DNA of 59,853 nucleotides, the filler included, from Sphacelaria rigidula (taxonomy: Eukaryota): NCBI GenBank assembly GCA_964200075.2. It is 10 parts of 10 records of this genome, joined end to end, with 100 filler letters (N's around TTAATTAATTAA, not from the genome) between each part and the next. Parts side by side here need not be neighbours in the genome. Positions count along the whole stretch, not along the records: positions 23,984 to 29,878 come from CAXNAA020023662.1; positions 29,979 to 35,873 come from CAXNAA020023663.1; positions 35,974 to 41,868 come from CAXNAA020023664.1; 7 more parts are not named here. The stretch is one strand, 5' to 3'. This document shows positions 24,422 through 36,645 of the stretch, one piece after another (position 1 is the stretch's first letter; each line of letters starts with the position of its first letter). The notes under the pieces were generated by a model. That model saw nothing but the letters and a program-made list of their open reading frames with translations, was not told the origin of the DNA and searched no databases. The translations under genes and the position numbers were made by a program.

Positions 24422-25594
24422 GAGCATCTCGGCTCCCGCCTCGCACCCAAAACACCTGTTACCGGCGTTAACACGGTCGCACAGGAGGATCCCGCAATTG
24501 CGGCGCAACGAGCGGAGAAGGAGCGAATGGCCGCTATGTTGTTTGGTGGAATGGGCGCAGGGGGCGCTGGGTCAGGGAGTGGAGCGGGCGGGCAGCGGGA
24601 AGCAAGAAGCGGATCGCGTGACTCCCTAGCACAACAGCGAGAAAAAACTCGACCGAACCCCACCGAGGCGGCGGCGGCGGCGGCGGCGGCGACATCTGCC
24701 GAAGTGTCTGCACCCTCCACGTCCTCTTTGGTGTCGGCGGCGGCCCACACGTCTCCCGCCTCACCTGTTGTAAATCCGCCGGCCGACCTGTTGGACCTAT
24801 TGAGCGATAATAACGGTGACAGTAATAGTACAGCAACCGGAGCCGCGGCAGCCACGAATAATGGGACTCTCATATCTGGAGATAAGGCAGATGACGGTAA
24901 CAGCAGCGGCGTGCAGATGTCGTCTGTAGATCGCTTCGGGATTGATAATTTGCTTGGTGTCGGTAGTGGGGGTGACAAACAGAACGGAACCGCCAACGGT
25001 TCCGTCAGCGGTCCGATGGGGGACCTTTTGGGTGGCGGCAGCGGTGGCGGCGGCGGAGGGGCAACAGCAACAACTGCGACGGATGTTAACGGCAGCAGCG
25101 GCGGCTTGGATGTTCTGAACAAGTACGATGGATCGGCGGCAGCGGGGGCCGCAACGTCAACAATACCGTCCGGCCCTGCTGCATCCTCCTCCACCAGCAA
25201 CCTTCGCGATTCCCCGTCGTTGTTGGGTGGCAGTCCCACAGCTACCGGTAGCAGCGGGGTAGGTGGGTTAGATCTATCCGGGCTGCTCGGCGGCTCGTCA
25301 TCTTTCACAGGAGGGGGATCGGAAGCACCTTTCTCATACGGCGGACATGCCGTGCGGCCGCTCGCGATCGCCACGGGAGAATTCGGGCGCAAGTGGATGG
25401 CGTGCTCCGGGGAACGAAAAGCAGTGGGCAATCGGGTTGGCCCCAGTCTGGCGCTGTCGCCTCAAGCCGTTGCGGATAGGCTAGCGTCGCGATTGGGGGT
25501 GCATGTCGTCGAGATCATCCCGCACACTGCCGAGGGGATCTGTGCCGGGCAGGTGGAAGGAGGGTCTGGGCGTACCTGCCTAGTGCACTGCAGG
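24422..25594 (+). CDS. AP4E1: AP-4 adaptor complex subunit epsilon, penultimate exon (hinge plus appendage platform)
   Basis: TAG acceptor at 24419-24421 and GTACGT donor at 25595. Encodes EKERMAAMLFGG, a low-complexity hinge with DLL motifs, then VRPLAIATGEFGRKWMAC...LGVHVVEII...EGICAGQ...CLVHCR, resembling the AP4E C-terminus (RPLxIxxxxFGKxW...LHIIEII..EG...CLLHCR). Confidence 0.85.
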
Positions 25595-26152
25595 GTACGT
25601 GTATAGTACTTGTTGCAGCTTACGAATTCGTACGCTAAACTTTACCCCTGCCCCCTGAGTAATAACTTCCCGGTTAATGATTTGTCGACTGCTTTTGGAT
25701 GCATACTCCCAATCAAAACCCTGGTGTGATGAGTTTCCGGACCCCAATACTCGTCACGCACGAGAGTCATGTGCGACATTTGGTGGAAATGTGGCACTAT
25801 CTCGCCACGGTAGAGTATCTCGAATTTGTCTAGTCAATGCTTGTGTGTCTCGACACTTGGATTTCCCTTCATCAACGCTTACGGGGGTTTCTCACTCGCT
25901 CCCGAGTGCCGCGTGCGTCCGTTTTGCAGATTGCAGCAGGAAAGCTAATGTTTCACAACAAGGTCACAGTGTGTGCGCCTGGCGTGTGTTCGTTTTGTGT
26001 TGTGTTTCTGTCGTTACTCGATCTTTTTGTCCAATCGAAGTCACGTGTTCGATCCCTCGCCGTGTGTGCATGTATTATCTCTTGTGCTAACCTTTTGCTC
26101 TGCTGGATGCACCACGCGATTCGTTCCGTGCCCTTTTGTTGCTTTTGGGAAG

Positions 26153-26254
26153 GTGTGGGCAGCACGAGGGACCGTCGACCTCGCCGTACGTGCCGAAGAC
26201 CCAAAGTTAGCGGAGGCTGCTGTGGTATTTGCCAAAACGGCGTTGGCACAATAG
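26153..26254 (+). CDS. AP4E1: AP-4 epsilon terminal exon
   Basis: Pyrimidine tract and AAG acceptor, phase 0. Encodes VWAARGTVDLAVRAEDPKLAEAAVVFAKTALAQ*, which completes the platform domain. Confidence 0.8.
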   Translation: MWAARGTVDLAVRAEDPKLAEAAVVFAKTALAQ

Positions 26255-27350
26255 CCCCCCCCCCCCCTCCCCCCCACACTGCCACACTGCCACAACCCCT
26301 TCATCTGCTGCTTCTTTACATATTGTTGCTCTACAGGGATGGTTGGCTTCGCACTGTAACTTGAATTTTCGCGGCTCTACTTGTGTTATGGTGTGGTGCT
26401 CACGCTGTGTGAGTAAGCGCAGCGTTATGTCTGCCATGTCAAAACGGTTGTTCTTCAAGCTTGATACATTGTGGCTTCTAGCGTTGCGTGGTGCAAACTT
26501 CGTGTTAAGGCAGGGGGCGCGCGCGGGGGAGGGGGGGGGAGATAGGGAGGGGGATGCCCTTCGCGAAGAGAAAGAGAGACGGAACGTTGGCGTAGGTTAG
26601 GTGAATCTACGGCGGCACTACACGGTGTGTCATCTCGGATGAGAACACATCCGCTTTATGGTCAACTTTCTCGATAATATTGGATGTTGTTTTATGGCAT
26701 GACATCCATCCACTTGCCTTGCTTCTCGCGTCGAAACATTACGGTACAGTTGTAGGGTTGAGCAATGTTATAGTGTCTGTTGTGGATGTTTATTCATTCA
26801 AGGTGGTGGAAGGTGGAGTGAGCGAAAGAGGGCATGGTGAGGTACGAGCGTGTGAATGGGTGTAGGGTTGTCTGCCGTGGGTGTATGTGTATGTGTTTGT
26901 GTGTGTCCTGTTTTTGTTTGGTGTACGCGGAAAGCATGTGTCGGTACCGGAGTGTTTAGATGAGGGGTTCAGCTTTCTTTGTTACATGTGTGGCATTCAT
27001 CTCTTTGAGTTCCTCCTGATCTATGAGACTTGTTGTATGCAAGTCTTGGTTTAACAAACGTATTGTTCTTACCCCACGCTACCTACTATTGGGCTTGCCC
27101 TTCACGCAAGGGTGGTCTCCTTGGTTTCACCCACGCGTTTCTCGTCGCTAAATTTCTGCTGAATACAAAATCTACTGCGAACCAACTACAGCTTAGTAAT
27201 TAGCTGTACCCAACGTATTCCGTGTAGTATGCAGCGTGTTTTTTTTCGCAAGTTCGACGCGCAACGCATACGGTTTGTTGCTCTTTTCAACAAACCTGTT
27301 TGACGATCATCTAGACGTGTTGAGTCGATCGGTTTTTGTTTGACTTCATA

Positions 27351-27604
27351 CGGAGAGTGATGCCACGGTAGGGGTGCACAAGTATTTTCCAAGATTAGAC
27401 TTGTCAGAAGCCCTTTATCTAATCCAAAACACGACTTACGAAATAGATAGTACGCCAGGATTACTATTCAATTGTGCCAAAGATTTCCCGAATGAATTTG
27501 TAAATGGGGATGCCCTGACCCATATTTTTGTGCATCTAGAATCGTTGGGAGCCCCTAAACCAGACAAGATTTTGCGCAAAAAGTGCACCCCTACCATTCC
27601 TCCG
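27351..27604 (+). mobile_element. ~250-bp MITE with TIR CGGAGAGTGATGCCACGGTAGGGGTGCA, TA-flanked (Tc1/mariner-like)
   Basis: Homologous copies are at ~20975-21244, ~42840-43085 and ~50156-50428 (minus). All share the internal ATCCAAAACACGACTTA(C/T)GAAATA...TACGCCAGGAT core. Confidence 0.85.
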
Positions 27605-27901
27605 AAGATGCCATCGGCTGGCTGAGGGAAAGCACTCCACGACAATTTATCTCTTGGAAAGATCGAGGTAACGGGGCCTGCGTGCTGCCTACACATTTCC
27701 CGGTTCCCAACCAGGAAACAGGTTTGCTGTCCAGTGGTGAAGATGTGTTATTCCTGGAAGTTTAGGAGAGGTTACGCCGACCGCTGAAAGATTGCTCGCC
27801 TCTCCGTGCGGCTTGAAGCGAAAGGCTGCAACCGCAGCCTTGACGCGTCATGGACTCGGTGCTTCAACGTGTACGTTTGACCAAGGGTAGGGCCCATTAT
27901 T

Positions 27902-28100
27902 ATCAGAGGTATCTCGAACTCGGTTCCCAGGTTCTTGGTTTGTTTTCTTTTCTTTTTTCAAGTGAAAGTGATGCCGATTCATAGGAGGGCCTGACCTGGC
28001 GGTCAAAGGGTCTCATCTGATGAATCGCCATCACTTTCACTTGAAAAAATAGAACAAAACAAACCGGGAAACCGGGAATCGAGTTTGGGATACCTCTGAT
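27902..28100. repeat. ~200-bp hairpin built from transposon-end sequence
   Basis: ATCAGAGGTATC...TTTTTTCAAGTGAAAGTGATGCCGATTCAT pairs with ATGAATCGCCATCACTTTCACTTGAAAAAA...GATACCTCTGAT. The same end (…GGTCAAAGGGTTAA) occurs at 20457-20519. Confidence 0.85.
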
Positions 28101-28608
28101 GACACAGTTTTTCTGGAGACGTCAGGATTTTCGGACTTTTCGGGCTCAGCATTCAGACTTCCTGAGAATAAAACGGCTTGATTTGTGGGAAATATACGAA
28201 GAAAAGGTACACCCTTGTGCTTTTGGAACAAAACAAAGTAACATATTTTTCAGTTAGGGCGCGGCGCTGCACGCAGGCTGGACACCTCGAAAACACGTTG
28301 CAGCGCCTCAGCTCCACGCCCGAGGTCTCTGGGCAGCATGTCCGACCATTTTGCCCATTTTCACACGTAATACAAGGCTCAACTACAGAAAAGGACAGCC
28401 TGTGAGAGAACCGTTTTTGGTGAACAAACCAGGAGGGTACACCCCGCTCTTTGCAACAAAAATATTTTTCTTGCCCTTTTTCGTTCACGTGTGGACTCGA
28501 GTGCATACCCTTCTTTATCCCTTTTTTGTTGAGTGGTGGCCGTACCGACGGCTGCGCAAAAGATACATCCGCCGAACAGTAACAACCATGCCATTCTTTT
28601 GTGTTGTG

Positions 28609-28930
28609 AATTACACCCCATAAAGGCCAACCCCCAACGGCCTGGGAGTTGTAGCCCGCTGCTGGTTGACCCGGAAATCCGACGATACAGGCGGGACGCG
28701 AACGCTTGTGTGACGGAGCTCACAAGGATCCAATGAACATGCGTAATCCCGATCGGGCCTGTGTGTATCGGCAAGATTTTTCACGCATGTTCGTTGGATC
28801 TTTGTAATTCTGGGACACAAGCGTCCATGTCCCATCTCAATCGTCGAATCTTCTGGGTCTTGGGGCCAACCAGCAGAGGGCTGCAATTTCTCAGTCGTTG
28901 GGTTTCGGCCTTTTTGATGGGATTTAATTC
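28609..28930. repeat. Foldback with ~140-bp degenerate arms
   Basis: AAAGGCC...CCCAACG...TGCTGGTTG...ACGCTTGTGT...GATCCAATGAACATGCGT is mirrored by ACGCATGTTCGTTGGATC...ACACAAGCGT...CAACCAGCA...CGTTGGG...GGCCTTT. Confidence 0.85.
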
Positions 28931-29571
28931 ACCGAAATGAGTATGGCCGTGACTATTTGGGGTATCGTCTGCGGAGCCGGCGGTGCGGTCGCCACTCATC
29001 AAGAAGGGTATTTGGGAAAGATCGCTCGGAATGAAACATGTAGAATAGCATTCACGGGTATCGCAGAACATATTTCCCTGTTCAAAATCGGAATTTCCTT
29101 GCTTGAACGCTTTATACCCGTTACAATGAACGACTGCTTTCCAAGAAAACCATCCGTTATTTCGTGGTATCCCTGGGGTCTAATCCTAACGCTGAGGTTG
29201 TCACAAATCCTATCTGAGGGGGAGGTTGAGACCGTCAGGGGGATATTCAAATTACGGCTGATGCGGGTTCTAAGTTAAAAGAAACGGCTCGGATTTTGCA
29301 AGCGCGTTGCACTACAGTAGTATTGTTCGACAGCCTCACCGCGAAATCGGTTTTCAACACAGCCACGGCGGAGGTGGCCATACAAGGCGTGATAGCTGGT
29401 TCAGACTGGATGAAGCGCCTCGCATGGGCACTACTGGCGAAACAACCCCAAGCGTGGGACTAACCCTTACCTCCGTTGTGTGTGTCTGCAGCTTTATTGT
29501 GGGACACCCATTTTATCCAACAGACGACTGTACTGTAGTGATGCTGTACTCTGGTGATGGTATATCTCAGC

Positions 29572-29726
29572 AGACTGCTGAATGACGCTGCGTTTCAAAG
29601 ATCGCAGGCGTCTGTCCCCGCATTAGATCGTTTCGCTGACAGCGGTCGTGGCCGGCGCAATAGTATGAAGTCTCTCTCAGAGAGTCAACAAGAGGCGCTC
29701 GAAAACTCGATGACTAGTCCAAAGAA
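29572..29726 (+). CDS. Possible isolated exon, unknown protein
   Basis: CAGCAG acceptor-like site followed by protein-like LLNDAAFQRSQASVPALDRFADSGRGRRNSMKSLSESQQEALENSMTSPK. Boundaries are uncertain and no family is recognised. Confidence 0.3.
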
Positions 29727-30472
29727 GTATATTTTCAGCATGCTTTGTCACGTGTTCCGTAGCGCGTGGACGCAGGTCCTGCTGAAAAAATGCAGGACAG
29801 TGAATGACGGCGGTTCTTCTGTTGGACTGCTCATCATCATGCTTGCGCTGCCGTGCAAAAACTTCTGGGTTAGGGTTANNNNNNNNNNNNNNNNNNNNNN
29901 NNNNNNNNNNNNNNNNNNNNNNTTAATTAATTAANNNNNNNNNNNNNNNNNNNNNNNNNNNNNNNNNNNNNNNNNNNNCGTCTGTGTCGATGAGATATTG
30001 TTTTTAGAGCTTAAATCCGTTTTTAGGCTGGCCCAGCTCGTAGCCGCGGAGCGATTGTCAAAACACGTGAACACATCCACGGGTGCTGCTGGCGGATTAT
30101 GTCTCAATGCTCACGACGGCATTTACTTCGCGAAAACTCTGTTCGAAACACGAGACGGCTTTGCTGTACTTGAAACTTACTTTCAACACCACCGAAGGCC
30201 AGCATCATGGCGGGAATAGCGAAACAAGGTCGGAAAAAGATGCCAATCCACGAGAATCCCACCATCTGGAACGTCCTCGTGCAACAACACCCACACATAC
30301 AAGAGTCATCGCTCCGGGCAGATTAAAATTAGCCCCTGCACAACTGTACACAGGATCCCGATTCCGCTGGGTGTTCACGCAAACGCAGGACGAAATATTC
30401 CCTTACGTTTACAAACATCCGACTCAACCAAACGAGAAACAGTCCCAAGGATACTCGCGAAGAGGCATAACG

Positions 30473-30522
30473 TCACTTCCGCCCTGCTCGTTTTCCTTCT
30501 CCCTTCTTTGTCGGCATTTTCC
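30473..30522 (-). CDS. RSM27: mS33/RSM27 exon 3 (terminal)
   Basis: CAG acceptor, phase-compatible with exon 2. Encodes GKMPTKKGEGKRAGRK*, the family's basic GKGxPKKG-like tail. Total protein is 106 aa. Confidence 0.87.
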
Positions 30523-31276
30523 CTGAGGTTGGGCAGGTAGCGGAATTCAATGCAAAGCAGGGAGCGAAGGCAGTCAGAATTGGAATATTGCTATGGACAC
30601 GACCACGATACATTCTGACCTGATAGCCAAGTCGGCATCATTGTACAAGGGGTGCGAAGCTTTGATTGATGGAAATGGCCGAATCACCACAGGAAACTTT
30701 GAATATACGACCGGAAGAGCCCGGGACCATCAATAATCGTCAATAATATTCTACGCGGGGCACTTGATACAACATTCCTCCATTTGACTGCAGTCATCAG
30801 TAGATGAAACGTAGACACGCATACAAATATTTCGGAATTGACACAACGGTTGTCACTACATCGTCAGGCGCTTCTGAGCCGAATCGGGGGCGTGAGGTGA
30901 GTACATGACGAGAACAGAACTCCATCGTGTGCCATTGCCACGATACAACATCGACGGCCCCAAGGGCAATATTTTCGAAAGGGTCTCTCAAAATGATTTT
31001 TTGAGATCAGTTAGGTCCTCTTCGTGGCACCGAATGAAATCGCCGAGCCAACCACGACGGCTGTTCCATCGAACCAACCAGTGATACTTTCAACGACAGA
31101 ACGGCTGGATCCCGAATGAATACCCCAATTAATCATAGCAACCAACCAACTTGAACATCTTGCACCGCTTTCCCGCAAGCATGCATCGGCTACATGTAGA
31201 ACCTTTCACCCAACACGCGAGAAAATTGAAAATGGCCACCGGGAGCAATCTGAGGCAAATGTGTCACGACTCCTTT

Positions 31277-31830
31277 GCTGTGTTGCTCCTGTATGATACG
31301 GTTTTCTGTATACCCGGTGTATTTTTCCGGATATTTACCATACACGAAACTTTCATACCGGTACCCGACAGTTCTGTAACACCTGTAAAACTTCCATACC
31401 CTCACCTGATAGTTCTGTGAGTTCTATAAGCCTGCCGTACCGTTACCGGGGGCACGGGTATTCTCTTGATAAGATACCCGGTTGCGGGTACGGTTTTCTG
31501 TGCAGCCCCCATACCCTGCACGAGAGTTTATGTGAGTTTTGTACGCCTCCCATATCCTCACCCGACAGTTCTGTGAATTCTGCACATAATGTATGCCCGT
31601 ATCCGGAGCGCGGGTATGCCCTTACAAGAAATACCTGATTGCCGGTAATGTTTCCTGTAAGCCTCCCGTACCGTACCCAACAAGTTATGTGATCCCTGTA
31701 CGGCTTTCAACCTGCACCCGACAGTTTTGTAATTCCTGTAAAATTTTCACACTGGTACCCCATATTTCTGTCAGTTCTGTAAGGAATCCCATACCCTACA
31801 GAACATACCCGTACTCTACAGAACACAGCC
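31277..31830. mobile_element. Intronic MITE-like element with internal ACCCGACAGTTCTGT repeats
   Basis: Imperfect termini GCTGTGTT...CTGTA / TACAGAACACAGCC. The (T)ACCCG and CAGTTCTGT motifs recur at ~31362, 31560, 31716 and 31771. Confidence 0.6.
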
Positions 31831-33755
31831 TTGAAAAATACATGTGGAACGTTTTGCCCAACACGTGGCAAAATTGAAAGTGGCTAACGGGACCAACCTG
31901 AGGTAAATGGGTCACGTCTCCTTTGCTGCCAAGAAAAACGACTGCTACCACCGTGTACATGGAGGGCGCAGTTGAATACTCCACAATGGATAGGCTGTAA
32001 CTTAGTGGTAGCTCAAATTCTGACTACAAGTATGGCCACTTGAGTTTATGCATGCCAACCCAAACGTTTGTCACTTGGTTATAATTCCAAGTGCTTCCCC
32101 TGCAACTATCCCAAGATCTTCGTAGTCAAAGCATCAAGAGCGCGGCATGCTGATGTGTGCGATGAATCACAGTGTACCCGCTTGTCCCCCCCCTACTACT
32201 ATTTGCTCTGAGTTCTTCCTCCGCGAAAAATTCCGCAAGTCTTGGAGGATGGTCTTGTAGGTGTAGACGGACGCCAAACGGACGGGGGCAGTTAGCAATA
32301 TCTGCTCAAAATGTGGGGGGAAAACTGGTCAAAAAGCGTGCACCAATCTCCTCGCATGGTTTAAGGAGGCGGGTGCACGTTTGTTCCCGTCACGTTTATC
32401 CTCGTCTCATGTATCGTTCAGCTGCACCACGTTGTAAATCTTTCACGGGTTGATTTCTTGCTAGCGAGATCACCGCTCATGGTGGTCTCTGCACGTCAAG
32501 GCAACGTGCCTGGTCGTAGCTCAAACACGGACAACACTGGAATACGGCATAAACGTGGAGCAGTCCTCTTGAGGCTTAAATCCCTGTTCTACGCACCAGG
32601 ATTCTTCTTCCGGGAACAACTGGTCTACAATTCTGAACCCCCCCCCAAAGCCCGCAGAACTGGCGTCCAGCCACATACGCGCTCCGGTACATATCGGAAA
32701 TCGAACATGGGTTACGCTCCGGAGTTCATGTATCATTTCCGACCAGTCCCGACAAGCTGAAGCATACCTGATGATTATTGTATATTGTTGCGTATTACTA
32801 CCCTGGGCAATCTACGACACTAGACGTTCCACCGACATGAGATCCCGTTTGCCGAAAGATGAGATATTTTCAATGCCACAAATCGGTGGCGTGAACCCCG
32901 CAGTTATACTGTACAAGTAAATTGAGGGGCGGGGGCTTCTGTTATAGGCGATGGCCAGAAAAGAAGTATACGTCGTTATGGCCACTTTGAAACACTGAAG
33001 TCAGCGACTTTTGACGGGTACAAATAACTCAAGGCATCCTTTTTCATTTTCCTGGTTTCTGTTCTCGAAAGCCTTCAACTGGTCAAAGAAAGCCACGAAG
33101 GTGGCTGGAATCGGCAACTTGTCGCCCGAATAAAGGGATGCCCGAGGAAAGAGGAGACGAATGGGCATACCTTGCCGTTTGAAGCCAGTTTGGGGGCGGT
33201 TTACGGCAAGGGACAGGTGCGGTCGATAACCCGCAACGTTGCAGCTGTGCAAAACACATCTTGCTTGTATTCCTTCGTTGTTCTTGCTGTTCATGCGTGC
33301 CATGGAAAACAATGCTGCCTTTCTTCTGCCAAAACGATTGAAATTGGGTCAAGTCCACAGTTGCTGTTTGCCGAGAAAACAACTCGCTTACCGCTGTACC
33401 GGAAGTGGGCCCAAAACGACAAGGTATATATTTTCCTGGTCATTGTCTTTCTATCATCGTCAACAGGCGATACACTTCGTAACCTATGGTGGTACGTGTT
33501 GGGAATCGACGGATCGGAAGGGAGAAACAATGCCAATAGGCGATACGTCCGGGATACTCCAATACTAGCGAGAACAACCGACTGAAACAGAGAGCGCTTC
33601 AAACAAGGAAAACCACACACGACGCGGTGTAGACGTGAAACGCTGGGACTGTCTGCATACTGCATATATAGATGGCCTTAACCGACGTGGCTGCGTTGAG
33701 CAGTGTGGCGAGCGCAATTTGAAGAAGACGCTTCGAATGCTGTGGCAATGCTCAC

Positions 33756-33882
33756 CCTTGAGAAGGTCGTCTTCTCGCTTCCATAGTTTCCACTCCTTCC
33801 TCTCGTCCATAACGAGGTGAGGATCGCCCTTCGCCATCAGCTGCGCCATGCTCTTTCCATTCGCATGGCCCTCAGGGTAGTA
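33756..33882 (-). CDS. RSM27: mS33/RSM27 exon 2
   Basis: CAG acceptor. Encodes YYPEGHANGKSMAQLMAKGDPHLVMDERKEWKLWKREDDLLK plus 1 nt. Donor is GTGAGC, phase 1. Confidence 0.9.
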
Positions 33883-34114
33883 CTGCAGTGAGGAGGGAGG
33901 CAAGGCGGGGAGCGATGGCGAGCGCAAGAGTTGAAATGTGCGCGCATCTCCCATAAAATTCGGACGTAAAACACGGTAAAGCTAGCACTATCGCACATAG
34001 TACAGTGCGATGTGTTATATACACAAACACAGCACAAACGCGCTCGGCTGCAGCACCGATGCGCTGCCTGTTGTGCTGACAAGCAACTGCGGCATATCTA
34101 TCACACAAGCTCAC

Positions 34115-34258
34115 CGCTGCGACCTTATAGCCGATTGATTTTTTTCGTAGATGTTTTGCTCCTGTGCGGCAATTACTGTGGGGGAGATGGCCAAATATTC
34201 TTCGGGAAGCTTCCTCCACCGACTGCTTCATAGCGGCATGCGCCACCGACTTGTTCAT
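34115..34258 (-). CDS. RSM27: Mitochondrial small-subunit ribosomal protein mS33/RSM27, exon 1
   Basis: ATG at 34258. Encodes MNKSVAHAAMKQSVEEASRRIFGHLPHSNCRTGAKHLRKKSIGYKVAA (the RIF...RTGxKxL...GxxVAxYYP motif of Rsm27). Donor is GTGAGC. Confidence 0.9.
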
Positions 34259-34664
34259 GATGGTGTACAGCTGTACGTTGCGTCGTCGAGGGAGTGCAAC
34301 CTTGTGCATAGTTGTTTTTCTTGACTGCTCATGCCACTTCACTCAGACCCGTGGTCGGAGCATGAACGCTCCCAAAAGCAGCAACCCACAACTTGCAGTT
34401 TCCCACAACACACAGAACGCACCCAGCATCATTGCTTACATTCACACAGACTCTTATTCCACAGACATACCCCTCGAGGAGAAGGAAAGACTGTCCCCTG
34501 CAAATAGGCGAGAAGACCACTTGTTGTAGAGCCTTGGGATCAGCGTTCGTTTCGTACACAGCTGCCACAACAACGACACCCTGTCGACACCTCAACTCAG
34601 CCTGGGTATCCGCTGTCGTTGTTCCGGGGTGGGGTGTGCTCGGCTTCGTCCAGGATCGCTGACC

Positions 34665-34877
34665 ATGTCGGCATTTCGGAGTCAGCAGTGGTACATTGAA
34701 GAAATAGCCAGCGATGATACGGATGATGCTCAAGACAGGCGAAGTTCGGTAGTCGAGGGTGAAGCCCTCATATCTTCACCTTGTGCTGACACGGGTACAT
34801 GCTGCAACACAAAGGAGGGTCACTGCTTTGAGACACTTCGGAACAGTTCGGCCGCCTTGGGCACGAATGAGGATGAG
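34665..34877 (+). CDS. Probable first exon of a gene divergent from RSM27
   Basis: GACCATGT start context, then MSAFRSQQWYIEEIASDDTDDAQDRRSSVVEGEALISSPCADT..., about 400 bp from the RSM27 ATG. The donor is uncertain (candidates at 34795 and 34878). Confidence 0.4.
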
Positions 34878-35454
34878 GTGAAACCCTGTTCGCAGTTACG
34901 GGTGCCCATAATGGATGGGCAATCGAAAATCGCATGGCGTTACACGTACAACTTACGCGTTATTTACTTTTGATAGACAGCCAAAGACTTTTCCGCCAAG
35001 ATCCATTACGTGTGTCGACAAAAAGGGGCACCGAGTTCATGGATACGGATCGATATGAAATAATTAAACTGAAATCAGCGACTTTTTTGTTGTTTTCCAT
35101 TATACTCTTCTCGGGTTTTCGATCGATCTAGCTGATACACGTGCGCTACTCCAACCCTATCTGCCGCAGAGAGGTCAACAAGAGTCCACTGCTTGGTTAT
35201 TTGTTGTCCGGGTCTTGTTTGGGCTTTTTTATTCCTCCGTTGGCTTGTTACAGCTCAGGACAAACGCAGGAGGAGAGCTGAAAAAAAACATGTGCAGTCA
35301 GCACCCATAATATTTTTGATAAGCACCAAGTCATGAAGCAAGCGAAGCGTACTTACACCCCCGAGAGGAAGCGGCGTTCTAGCAACCGGAATCACTTATA
35401 TCAGAGAGATACATTATTGCGTTAGCTGTCTGATGTTCCGTGTGTAGAATGCTT

Positions 35455-35873
35455 CACACGTCGGACGAGTCATTACTCGTCGAAACGAGTGCACTCGTGG
35501 ATGTTTTCTGAAAACACAACGAGCATGACTCGTGTGCTTGAGTCATTACTTCTTTTTTTTTTACAACAAGCAATAACTCGTGGGCTCGAGTCATTACTTT
35601 CAAGGCCCAGGTGCCAACGCCCCCCCCTAATGATCTGCGTGGAAAATTCGGAGCGAAAACGGTCAAAATTGCTTGTTTTGCTGTTTTCGTGTGCCTGGCC
35701 ATTTCTCGTACCTTTCTTAGGCAAAAAAGGAGAAGATATACCTTTTTCAGGCCATTGCACTTACTTTTTCCTACAAGAAGAAATGACTCGAGCGCTCGCC
35801 CTATTAATTTTTTCCACAACGAGCAATGACTCGAGTGCGCGCCCTATTCATTTTTCCGGCCAACGCGCAGCCC
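35455..35873 (-). mobile_element. TIR element with a ~43-bp subterminal tandem repeat (GCGAGCACTCGAGTCATTGCTCGTTGTGGAAAAAA)
   Basis: Terminus CACACGTCGGACGAG at 35455. The units are reverse complements of the array at 40431-40640. Confidence 0.7.
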
Positions 35874-36511
35874 NNNNNNNNNNNNNNNNNNNNNNNNNNN
35901 NNNNNNNNNNNNNNNNNTTAATTAATTAANNNNNNNNNNNNNNNNNNNNNNNNNNNNNNNNNNNNNNNNNNNNCGTACGTAGGGGGGCCCCCTTCGTGGT
36001 AACGCTGTCCTGGGCCCTGGGCTGCGGTGGGCGCGGTTTTCCCCCCCCCCCCCCCCCCCCCCCGCCCGCGCGCGCGCCTCCCTCCCATGCAAGATCATGA
36101 GCCCCCTCCCGTTTCCCCCCAACCATAACGCGAATGAAATGTCACATAACTCTCGAAACCGTACCGATACCGATGCACTTGTGTGCCGAGGTAAGCTGTC
36201 CTGTTCCTCGAAAGTCATCCCGGGGTATGTCTCGGGATCCAGAAGTCATCGCCCACAGGGGTGGTGCACACCATAACCTACTGTGCACAGTGCCGAAGAA
36301 GAGTCGAGGGAGAGGCAGCATCAAAAATACCTGGAAGGATCGGAGGGACGCGTCCATTTTCCTCGTGTTTTTTTAGCGCTACTGCATACGGGTCCTGTGG
36401 ATATCGACGTCATTTGAAGCAGGGAATCGTGTCGCCCACTCACCCTGTGATCATGTTTCCTACTCTCTTTGAAAGGGTTTGCTTTTTTTTTCGTCTCCTT
36501 TTGGCCGACAG

Positions 36512-36645
36512 CGCGGAAGATCAACCAGAAGACGTCATGATCGCCAACATCGCGCGGACATGTTTCCCCGAACTCTCTGAGAGGCGGCGGCGAGAAGTAG
36601 AACAAGACATCAACACCTGGGATACGGTGTTGCCCATCTTCTACT
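36512..36645 (+). CDS. Probable exon of an unknown protein
   Basis: Pyrimidine tract, CAG acceptor and a consensus GTGAGT donor flank AEDQPEDVMIANIARTCFPELSERRRREVEQDINTWDTVLPIFY. Confidence 0.5.

Noticed and set aside
24283..25431. 382-aa minus-strand ORF
   Set aside because: It is the antisense shadow of the GC-rich AP-4 epsilon exon.
29866..29878. Telomere at a contig end (GGGTTAGGGTTA)
   Set aside because: Only two units are present. Similar degenerate TTAGGG patches occur internally (45528), so this is not evidence of a chromosome end.
32120..32253. Alternative terminal exon for RSM27 (DHPPRLAEFF...)
   Set aside because: It has a weak AAG acceptor and no family similarity. The 30473-30522 exon supplies the expected basic tail.
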